Positions 1 through 7,668 are shown, counted from the stretch's first letter. The stretch: 14,647 nucleotides of DNA from Promethearchaeota archaeon (GCA_011364925.1 RDOA01000066.1:1-14647), one strand, 5' to 3'. Made by a program: numbers and translations. Notes: a model not told the origin generated them from the sequence alone.

Positions 1-1
1 A

Positions 2-772
2 CCAAATGTCACGTCTGGAACTCCAGAAGCATTGAATTTAGAAAATTTATTAGAAGCTACTATAGCTGTAGATTATGTGTACAGATTAGTTAAGTATTTC
101 CTAATATTGGGTAAAAAGTCAAAATCTTACATTATACTAATGCAAATTTCCATGCAAATGAGCCTTTTGTTAGCTATGGCCAGGAGTTATTATGGAGCAA
201 CCAAAGCTTTTTCAGAAGGAAGCCCTATTGGTGACGCACTAGGACCAATGGTTGCTGGGAGATTCGTGCGAAATGTGTCTCAACGAGATGATGTTGAAGC
301 ATCAGAGATTGCAAAGGATACAATCCTTCAAGAAGTGGATTTTGAAGATAGAACTGTATATGTTGTTAGGGCTAAAGGACCAAGAGGTACGGTCGGGAAA
401 CCCGGTACGGTCATAAAAAAATTGGTTGAAGAGCATGGAAATTCTATTGAAAGAATAATCATGATCTCTGCAGGTTTAAAATTATCGCGTGATAAAACTG
501 GATCAATTGCTATTGGCGTGGGTGCGGCTATTGGTGGAATTGGAGTCGAAAAAAATTATATTGAAGATTCGACCACAAAAAAAGGAATTCCAATCGATAC
601 GATAATTTGCCGAGAATCCTTAGAAGATGCCATTACAACCATGAAACGACCCATTACTCAATCAGTATCTGATATCGTCGAAAAAATAAAAATGATAATA
701 CGATTACGAACTCAAAAAGGGTCTAAAGTCATTGTCGCTGGTATTGGAAATTCCATAGGTATTGGTATATAG
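2..772 (+). CDS. DUF1512 family protein, C-terminal part (5'-truncated by window edge)
   Basis: Frame is open from position 2 (PNVTSGTPEALNLENLLE...), so the TTG at 32 is probably not the true start. Motifs PIGDALGPMVA, VRAKGPRGTVGKPG, GVGAAIGGIGVEK and terminal GIGNSIGIG match the archaeal DUF1512 family as I recall it. Confidence 0.82.
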   Translation, partial: PNVTSGTPEALNLENLLEATIAVDYVYRLVKYFLILGKKSKSYIILMQISMQMSLLLAMARSYYGATKAFSEGSPIGDALGPMVAGRFVRNVSQRDDVEASEIAKDTILQEVDFEDRTVYVVRAKGPRGTVGKPGTVIKKLVEEHGNSIERIIMISAGLKLSRDKTGSIAIGVGAAIGGIGVEKNYIEDSTTKKGIPIDTIICRESLEDAITTMKRPITQSVSDIVEKIKMIIRLRTQKGSKVIVAGIGNSIGIGI

Positions 773-856
773 TCTATATGGTCTTTTTTGATTTATATTT
801 AAATTGTTAAGATTTATATATCAATATTTTTATAGGATATGCTTTTGAATTTGAAA

Positions 857-1381
857 TTAATCTCTTTTTAAATCATATGAAGTTTTTATCTGGTATCCTT
901 CAGGAATTTTATCTTCTTTATATGGAATCTCTTCTAATTCAAACCTAAAACCAACAATATCTTCACCCTCTAACATGTACACTGGTGGCACATTTGGACG
1001 AAGAATTTCAGGATCTATATATTGAGTCCAATCAACGCGTAATTTAAAAAGAGTTTTTAAGCCTTCTTGTTTAAAAATTTTTGCAACTTCTTTTATATCT
1101 TTGACATGAAAATTAAGATTATGAATCCCAGGACCTTTCTTTTTTAGATGATCTGCCCATAGAGTCCCCTCTTTTATCGGTTCAATAAATTGTAGAATTA
1201 CATTTCCAAGTTGTACATGTACAACTTTCACTGCTGGGCTCTGAGATAAGTAATTAGCTACATCTTCCTCAACTTTTTTTGCTCCAAATACTCTATTTAA
1301 AAATTCAAATGCCTTATCTGCATCTGGAACTACAATTTCTATATGTACTAACGGCGAAACTTCTACTACCATAATATTCAC
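857..1381 (-). CDS. VOC (glyoxalase/bleomycin resistance) family protein, methylmalonyl-CoA epimerase-like
   Basis: HIEIVVPD...LQFIEP...HLKKKGPGIHNLNFHVKDI...FELEE gives the His/Gln/His/Glu metal-ligand layout of methylmalonyl-CoA epimerase-type VOC proteins. GTG start. Confidence 0.8.
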   Translation of the reverse strand: MNIMVVEVSPLVHIEIVVPDADKAFEFLNRVFGAKKVEEDVANYLSQSPAVKVVHVQLGNVILQFIEPIKEGTLWADHLKKKGPGIHNLNFHVKDIKEVAKIFKQEGLKTLFKLRVDWTQYIDPEILRPNVPPVYMLEGEDIVGFRFELEEIPYKEDKIPEGYQIKTSYDLKRD

Positions 1382-1510
1382 TTAAATTATTTATTTTAAT
1401 ATTATTATATTTAACAATCATGGTTATAAGAATCTTTTTCAACATCATTTTAGATCGTCTCAAGTACAAAATGTTTCAATGAAAATTCATTCAAAGAAGG
1501 TTAAACTAAG

Positions 1511-1537
1511 ATTGTCATTAGAATTTCTAATGACAAT
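1511..1537. repeat. Perfect inverted repeat, 13-bp arms with 1-nt spacer
   Basis: attgtcattagaa-t-ttctaatgacaat read directly from the sequence. Confidence 0.9.
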
Positions 1538-1539
1538 TT

Positions 1540-1559
1540 TCCAGTATCTAGATACTGGA
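1540..1559. repeat. Perfect 20-bp palindrome
   Basis: tccagtatct|agatactgga, 2 nt after the preceding inverted repeat. Confidence 0.9.
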
Positions 1560-1822
1560 GATAGCGCCGATCTTTTCGAACAAATCTTGTTCTGGCGTTT
1601 TTTTCGTTAGATCGGATAAATTAATCTTCCGTTTTCTAGATTGAATAGGTTCTGGAACGGTTTTAGGCAAAAAATCATGTGATATCAATATCTTATATTT
1701 TAACCACCAAAAGTTCGAAAAAGCACCTAATATCACCTAAAATACTTCATTATAACAATATGAGTTTTATATTTCTTTTTACCACCAAAATCAAAATTTT
1801 ACCCCTATAATTGAACTAAATC

Positions 1823-1830
1823 TTTATAAA
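1823..1830 (+). promoter_or_regulatory. Candidate archaeal TATA box for the solute-binding protein transcript
   Basis: TTTATAAA. Typical archaeal spacing would put the start near 1850-1855. AT-rich context makes chance matches likely. Confidence 0.35.
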
Positions 1831-1845
1831 GAAAATTGTCTGAAT

Positions 1846-1939
1846 ATTTATCATTACTAAGCGTTATCCCAATCTGAAGATCTACTTTTTTAGATTAGAT
1901 CCAAAAAGAAAGTTGGATTTAGGCTTAGTAATGATAAAT
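1846..1939 (+). promoter_or_regulatory. Candidate structured 5' leader or small RNA (three-way junction) upstream of the solute-binding protein gene
   Basis: Perfect 17-bp closing stem atttatcattactaagc (1846-1862)/gcttagtaatgataaat (1923-1939). It encloses two hairpins, 1871-1880/1887-1896 and 1897-1904/1913-1920, whose non-Watson-Crick pairs are all G-U on the + strand. Confidence 0.55.
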
Positions 1940-1970
1940 CTAAAATAAAATAAGTATTATAAAAGAGGAA

Positions 1971-4496
1971 ATGAACATGTTAAATAATAAGCGACGTTAT
2001 TCTGTAATGATACTTTTGCTCTTTATCGTCAGTATATTAGCATTTTTTCCATTCAATACTCGCGCTCAAATTCCCCCACCGCTGACCGAATTTACTTATG
2101 GAATGGATTACTATCCCGATTCAATAGATCCCATTGATACCTATGGAAATGATGTAATTGACCAAGTGGTCGAAACATTATTCTACTACGATTTATCCGA
2201 TCCTGAGTTGAAAATCATCCCAAAATTAGCAGAATGGTGGGATGCCGAAAATGAGATATTAGGAGAATGGTCGAACGAGAATACAACATATACGATATCC
2301 TTGAAGTCGGGGATCGTATTTCACGATGATACACTATTTAATGCTGAAGTAGTAGTATGGAATTTCGACCGAATTTACGCATTCTTAGAAGAAAATCCTT
2401 ATTCTGTGACGTACAGCTTCTATTATTGGCCGGATCAAACACGAATTATTGAAAGTGTAATCCCAATCGAGGATGATGTTGTACAATTTGATTTAAGTCA
2501 ACCTTTTGCCGCCCTTGACGCACTTTTATGCTTTTCTGGTTCTACCATGCTTTCATCAAATTCATATCCCGAAGATGGAGAATTAGTGGGAACTGGCCCT
2601 TTCATCTATGATGGATTTTTTGACCATGAATTTGCATATGATGAATACAAATTCCATGCTAATGCAAATTATAGAACAGGACCGCCATCCATCGATCTCC
2701 TTACATTTAAAATCATCCCGTCCAGCCGCTTTCCAGATTATCGTCCAGATCGGACGGAAGTAACTCAAGCATTGCTCAATGGAGACGTGGATTACATTAA
2801 AAGCCCCGATTTCACTATGTTCTCTGAACTTGAATACGATCCGGAAATTATACTCGTAGATGCGGGCACAACAGCAAGTTCTTTTTACTTTGGAATGAAT
2901 AATCAATTAATCCCGGATTACATGAGAGAAGCAATTTCATATGCCCTTGATTACGATAGAATCATTCAGGAAGTTACACTAGGTGAGTCTGTAAGATCCA
3001 TGTCTCCAGTTCCGTTAGGAATAAGATACGCTAATTGGGAACTTAATGTTCCTGGAATTGGATCGTATGAAGACAATATTATAAATGCGAGGAACGCTCT
3101 AATTGACTCCGAATTGTATGAAAATCTGCCTCCTCCCGACTTTGATGAAGAAAATAATATGGCTTGGCAAGCATTAGCTGAATCTGAAGAAACGGCTACA
3201 GGGGTATATAGTTTTTCTCATCACTGGGGTGCTGATGATTATCGAATGGCATACTTATATATATTACAAGATTCACTTTCCCAGATTGGAGTAATGATAA
3301 ATGATGACGAAATAGATTGGTTTACATTTTATGAAAGACTTACAACACCAGAACTTCGGAATGAATTGAATCTCTATTATCTTGGCTGGGGATTTGATTA
3401 CAATGATCCTAGTAATATGCTGAATAGTCTATATACATTTGATGGAGAAATAAATGGAGGGCAAGTATATGATGATGATATAGATCAAGCACTAGCAAAT
3501 GCCATGATGAATGTAAACCCGATAGATAGACAACGAATTTACAATCGGATTCAACAAAGACTTATAGAAGAGATATATGCTTCATGCTGGTTATATGTCC
3601 CCAGAAATTTTGATGCTTATAATGTAAAATTCATGGGCTTTCAACCGAATCCAATGGAAAAAGTCGATCTTTATCATGTAACCCTTAGTGACAATCTACC
3701 TCCTACTATAATTCACGATACCATTCCCGACGAAATTAAAATAAGCTATACGCGATCTCCACAAATCATCGGTAGTATAAAGGTGTATGATCTGTCAAAG
3801 ATTCTCTCTGTCACTTTTTATCCCTCAGATGATCCTGATCCCGGTTTTTCACTAAGTACAACCTATTTCGAGGGTGAGTATGGTGGAACTACCGTGTATT
3901 TCAGTGAAACTACTGTAATGACCACCGAATCTCTCGAGCGTGGGTCCCATATGCTAAGTCTCTTGATTGTAGATGATAAATGGAACGTTCAAGTTAAAAG
4001 CTTCACAGTAAATGTGTATCGTCAAGCGGATTTAAAACTCCGTGGTGAGTTTGATTATCTTGAAAAAGAAACGGTAAAAATATCTGTTGTCGCCCTAGCT
4101 TTTGATCGAGAAGAAAACTTCCTGCTAATACCCTCAGAAGACATCGATTTTACCGTACATTTACAAATTGTTGACTATAATGGCGTTATTAAGGTGCCAG
4201 ACCAAATCATGCAATATGATTCCAACGGTTTTTTCCACTGGGACTCGAGTGATACCATTCATACCTTAAAAGATATGTTTCCAAAGGGTATCTACATCGT
4301 ACAAGGATGGGTTGAATTTACCGATGCCTCTTATTATGAAGGCGGAAATGATGTAATTCAATTCCATATTGACCCTCCAACAAGTGATACGCCTATTTTC
4401 CAGACCTACCTCGTGATATCTGGTTTTATTGGAGTATCGCTGTTAAGCCTTGTATGCATTTTCTTGTATCTACGAGAACGCCGTCACCGTTGTTAA
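1971..4496 (+). CDS. ABC-type peptide/nickel (family 5, DppA/OppA-like) solute-binding protein with extra C-terminal beta-rich domain(s) and C-terminal transmembrane anchor
   Basis: N-terminal signal peptide (KRR + hydrophobic stretch + TRA|Q). Family-5 motifs VVETLFYY, IIPKLAE, LKSGIVFHDDTLFNAEVVVWNFDR, VGTGPF, MREAISYALDY, GWGFDYNDP, RQRIYNRIQQ. About 230 extra residues follow, then a hydrophobic helix and basic tail RERRHRC. Purine-rich aagagga precedes the ATG. Confidence 0.88.
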   Translation: MNMLNNKRRYSVMILLLFIVSILAFFPFNTRAQIPPPLTEFTYGMDYYPDSIDPIDTYGNDVIDQVVETLFYYDLSDPELKIIPKLAEWWDAENEILGEWSNENTTYTISLKSGIVFHDDTLFNAEVVVWNFDRIYAFLEENPYSVTYSFYYWPDQTRIIESVIPIEDDVVQFDLSQPFAALDALLCFSGSTMLSSNSYPEDGELVGTGPFIYDGFFDHEFAYDEYKFHANANYRTGPPSIDLLTFKIIPSSRFPDYRPDRTEVTQALLNGDVDYIKSPDFTMFSELEYDPEIILVDAGTTASSFYFGMNNQLIPDYMREAISYALDYDRIIQEVTLGESVRSMSPVPLGIRYANWELNVPGIGSYEDNIINARNALIDSELYENLPPPDFDEENNMAWQALAESEETATGVYSFSHHWGADDYRMAYLYILQDSLSQIGVMINDDEIDWFTFYERLTTPELRNELNLYYLGWGFDYNDPSNMLNSLYTFDGEINGGQVYDDDIDQALANAMMNVNPIDRQRIYNRIQQRLIEEIYASCWLYVPRNFDAYNVKFMGFQPNPMEKVDLYHVTLSDNLPPTIIHDTIPDEIKISYTRSPQIIGSIKVYDLSKILSVTFYPSDDPDPGFSLSTTYFEGEYGGTTVYFSETTVMTTESLERGSHMLSLLIVDDKWNVQVKSFTVNVYRQADLKLRGEFDYLEKETVKISVVALAFDREENFLLIPSEDIDFTVHLQIVDYNGVIKVPDQIMQYDSNGFFHWDSSDTIHTLKDMFPKGIYIVQGWVEFTDASYYEGGNDVIQFHIDPPTSDTPIFQTYLVISGFIGVSLLSLVCIFLYLRERRHRC

Positions 4497-4530
4497 TGAC
4501 TAAAAGTGTAAAATATAAATCAAATTCAAA

Positions 4531-4549
4531 TTCTTTTTTTTTTAATTTT
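4531..4549 (+). terminator. Oligo(T) archaeal terminator candidate
   Basis: T10 run (4534-4543) about 40 nt after the stop codon of the solute-binding protein gene. Confidence 0.5.
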
Positions 4550-4667
4550 CAAATTCGGACGAATATCAAGTCTAATTTTTAGTTTTTTTTCCTTAAATCA
4601 AGATTTCTATTATTATCAAACTATTTGAGTCTACTCCTCTGAGGAGTCTCCTCCATTTCAGATTGTT

Positions 4668-4933
4668 GGATGTGGCTGAGTATTGTCAATTTCTTGGAAA
4701 AATAGAAAAATTCTTCTATAATCCATTAGCTTCAGATTGCGTCAAAACTACGAGGCATTTTTTGTTTTGCTCTCCTATACTTCCCCCATTAGGGTCTTTT
4801 AATGGAATTATTCACTTAAAAATCGCTTACTCGTTAATGATTAATTGGTCGTTAACATATGTAAGCAATTTTTCGTAATCGTTCTTATTATGAATTACAT
4901 GAATCCATACTCTAGGCATGAGCTCAGCCACCC
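4668..4933. other. End-paired multi-hairpin intergenic element (candidate ncRNA, MITE or decayed gene)
   Basis: gtggctgagt (4672-4681) pairs with gctcagccac (4922-4931). Long internal hairpin at 4818-4873 plus several shorter stems. Confidence 0.4.
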
Positions 4934-4985
4934 TCTATATTAAGTTGTTTTTCTTTAATTTTAAAATTTAAATCTACTATTTCGC

Positions 4986-5876
4986 TTATGCTTGTTCAAA
5001 CTTTGCTTGTTTTTGAGAAAGCAAAAAGGAGCTGATGACAATTAGGATAAATCCAACTATTACGAAGATTATTGAAAGAATGCTTGCTGGTACCGCTAGG
5101 AATATCAAAAAAAAAGCTATTAAGGGTATAATTTGAATAGGAACGTTAGTTAACGGGGCTAAAACATTCGCTTGTCCATACTTAAGGGCGATTTGACCAA
5201 TCGTAATTCCAATAGTCATTATAACGAGTAGAAATATGCCAATAATAATTCCAAAGATAATTTCTGCTCCTACAATAATTCCATTGATTAAATGAGTGAC
5301 TACAGTAGTTCCAGGGCTAGCCCAAATAGTATTAATAGATAAAATTAACCCCGCTTCTATTGCGAGTATCACCCCTTTATAATTGGCGTACTTTCTATGC
5401 AAAATCTCTAAACTAATTGCTAAACTTAGAATAATGGTTGTAAAAATAATTAATCTCAATATAAAACCAGTGTCCAAAATATTAAAAACAAATACATCAA
5501 TTGATAATTCGCTCAACCCAATCAACATAATACCAGCGATCATAAGCAATATTCCTAATATTTCTTCTTTTCCTAGTCTTTCCTTTAAAATTTTAACAGA
5601 GCCTACTGCTAATACGATTAAACCAGCGGCCATAAGGCCTGGAACAAGAGCGGGTCCTATAAAAATAATAGATACAAAATAGAAAACAAGTGCACCCAGA
5701 ATAACTTGTAAAATCAAACCCAGAATCCACAAGGGGCTTTTGACAAGACTTATCATAAATCTTGGATCTTTAGAATGTTTATTAATAACATGTTTTTGAA
5801 TAAGAACTCCGATATTTACGACAATACCGGCAAAGAGCGCAAATATTATTCCTAAAATGTAAGTTAAATCCGCCAT
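4986..5876 (-). CDS. DMT superfamily membrane transporter, NIPA (Mg2+ transporter)-like
   Basis: About 9 hydrophobic helices. GVLIQKH, SLVKSPLWILG, GPALVPGL and KILKERL follow the NIPA/DMT pattern. Confidence 0.75.
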   Translation of the reverse strand: MADLTYILGIIFALFAGIVVNIGVLIQKHVINKHSKDPRFMISLVKSPLWILGLILQVILGALVFYFVSIIFIGPALVPGLMAAGLIVLAVGSVKILKERLGKEEILGILLMIAGIMLIGLSELSIDVFVFNILDTGFILRLIIFTTIILSLAISLEILHRKYANYKGVILAIEAGLILSINTIWASPGTTVVTHLINGIIVGAEIIFGIIIGIFLLVIMTIGITIGQIALKYGQANVLAPLTNVPIQIIPLIAFFLIFLAVPASILSIIFVIVGFILIVISSFLLSQKQAKFEQA

Positions 5877-5992
5877 GGCTAATTTTTACCTTATTGGATT
5901 GAAAGGATAAGAGAATATATATTCTATTCTTTTTTATTCTTTTTGTATTTTCGTAATTACTTGGTGTTAACAATAATTTCCAAGACAGATTA

Positions 5993-6868
5993 TTAAATTT
6001 TTTCTCGAAAGAACTCAACTAAAGATGTGAAATCTTGTTTTTCTTCTTTTGGAGCTGAATATTTGAGATTCTCTTGCAATTCATCAATACTTTTAACTCC
6101 ACTTAACACAACAGAGACTCCCTTAAGAGAATTTACATAATTAATACACTGGGCTGATGTTATGTCATTAGGTATTTTCCGCTTAAGACTTATCCCACCA
6201 GTTTGATACTTTGCTATACTTGTTGTTCGATTACGCGTCATGAGTCTTCCGGCAGCCAAAGGTTTAATTGCGATTAATCCTACTCCCTTTTGTAAACATG
6301 TTTTTAGTAGTTCAGCTCTATTGGGTAAATAGTGGTTGGCTAAATTGAAAGGAAACATTATAGTATCGAATTTTCCAGTATTCGCTGCCTGGTTTGCAAT
6401 ATTTATGTCGTGAGTGCTTAATCCTATGAATTTTGCTTTTCCTTCTTTCTTAAACGACTGAGCTAATTCGTACAATCCGTTCTTATCATAGAGTTTAGGT
6501 ATATCGGTTAAACCAACGAATTGGATGTTGATGATGTCTACACAATCAATATCGAGGATATCGAGTATTTTTGGAAATTCAAGTTTACACTCCTCGATCT
6601 TTCTTGTTTTTTTCGGTCTACCCTCGCTGTCTTTCGTCCCTAAGTGCCCCGCTATTACAATTTTATTCCGATGACTTTTTAATGCTACAGCTATTTTTTC
6701 AAGATAATTCTGAACAGTAAAAAGAATGTCGAAATAATTTATCTTGTTTGTTATGGCATAGTTTACTACATCTGAAGCTGTTTCTTTTGATTGATGGAAC
6801 AAAAATTCGGTTCCTATTCCAATCTCACTGACTTTTAGGCCAGTATTTCCTAAATCCTTATAGTTCAT
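5993..6868 (-). CDS. Aldo/keto reductase family protein
   Basis: MNYKDLGNTGLKVSEIGIGT, INYFD, KKEGKAKFIGLSTH, FDTIMFPFN, GVGLIAIKPLAAG, VVLSGVKSIDELQEN. ATG at 6868 preferred over TTG at 6877. Confidence 0.9.
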   Translation of the reverse strand: MNYKDLGNTGLKVSEIGIGTEFLFHQSKETASDVVNYAITNKINYFDILFTVQNYLEKIAVALKSHRNKIVIAGHLGTKDSEGRPKKTRKIEECKLEFPKILDILDIDCVDIINIQFVGLTDIPKLYDKNGLYELAQSFKKEGKAKFIGLSTHDINIANQAANTGKFDTIMFPFNLANHYLPNRAELLKTCLQKGVGLIAIKPLAAGRLMTRNRTTSIAKYQTGGISLKRKIPNDITSAQCINYVNSLKGVSVVLSGVKSIDELQENLKYSAPKEEKQDFTSLVEFFREKI

Positions 6869-6959
6869 TAAGATCAACTGAAACTCTTGCTATAATTTTC
6901 ATTATAAGGTAAAATGAATGATCCCAGGCTTAATATTTTCTGATTTCTCCTAAAGAAGA

Positions 6960-7496
6960 CTAATGTATTTTTTCTTCTGTATATCTTTCGAATAGAATTT
7001 CAGTTATTTCTTCAAAAGCCTTCTCGACATTTTGACCCGTCTTAGACGATAATTCTATAAAAGCAGACAAATTATACTTTTTAGCGGCTAAAATTCCTTC
7101 GTCTCTAGAAACTGCTCTAAACTCTTTTAAATCCACTTTTGATCCAATTAGCATTATGGGAATATCTCCAGAATATTGTCGGATAATTTGAGTCCAATCG
7201 GGTAAATGATCTAAAGATAAACGATTTGTTATATCGTATAAAAAGAACGCAGCATTTGCACCTTTACAATATTGATGTAAGAGAAATCTAAATCGTTCTT
7301 CTCCGCCAAAATCCCATATTTGTAATTTTACTTTTTTTTCATTAAAGTTAGTGGTCTTAGAATAAAAATCAACCCCAATAGTCAGTTTAAGATCTTCTAA
7401 AAAGAATCCCGATATGTATCTAATAGTAAGGGACGTTTTTCCAACTGCAGCATCGCCTAACATCATGATTTTCCAAGTAAAATCGTAGTTAGCCAA
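6960..7496 (-). CDS. Rab-like small GTPase (Ras superfamily, Asgard type)
   Basis: G1 GDAAVGKT, G2/RabF1 TIGVDF, RabF2 KLQIW, G3 DFGGE, RabF4-like YCKGA, RabF5-like FLYDIT, G4 SKVD, G5 SSK. No C-terminal cysteine. TTG start. Confidence 0.93.
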   Translation of the reverse strand: MANYDFTWKIMMLGDAAVGKTSLTIRYISGFFLEDLKLTIGVDFYSKTTNFNEKKVKLQIWDFGGEERFRFLLHQYCKGANAAFFLYDITNRLSLDHLPDWTQIIRQYSGDIPIMLIGSKVDLKEFRAVSRDEGILAAKKYNLSAFIELSSKTGQNVEKAFEEITEILFERYTEEKIH

Positions 7497-7668
7497 ATCA
7501 CTTAACCCGTATTGAATAGTGGTTGTTTTTTTAATTATTTATTTAGATATTATATATTGATAGCTATAACTTAATTAATAATATTTATCTTTGTTAGATT
7601 TATTAAATATTTGTTTTTATTTATCTTTCTACACATTTAAACATTTTATTACGATTGATTTTCTAAAC

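Noticed and set aside
1208-1227. Perfect 20-bp palindrome aagttgtacatgtacaactt inside the VOC gene
   Set aside because: It encodes an ordinary beta strand (KVVHVQL) and is unrelated in sequence to the nearby palindromes. It is real but there is no support for a function.
1548-1736. 62-aa minus-strand ORF as a real gene
   Set aside because: No recognisable motif, GTG start, and it overlaps a palindrome. Kept only as part of a possible remnant.
1874-1911. Hammerhead ribozyme (CUGAAGA ... GAAA)
   Set aside because: GAAA does not directly follow a closed stem II, and there is no compatible stem III/NUH site.
2583-2906. 107-aa antisense ORF
   Set aside because: Shadow frame inside the well-supported solute-binding protein gene.
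4663-4878. 71-aa plus-strand ORF
   Set aside because: TTG start, no motif, and it lies within the structured element.
4641-4933. RNase P RNA, SRP RNA or intron-containing tRNA
   Set aside because: gaggagtctcc only loosely resembles GAGGAAAGUCC and has no intergenic 3' P4 partner. A UGUAA motif is present on the minus strand but there is no SRP helix-8 motif. There is no TTCRAATC T-arm.
5383-5682. 99-aa plus-strand ORF
   Set aside because: Antisense shadow of the DMT transporter.
5782-6018. 78-aa ORF bridging the AKR and DMT genes, or a frameshifted Fe-S tail of the AKR
   Set aside because: It overlaps both real genes out of frame, and no frame holds a CxxCxxC ferredoxin motif.
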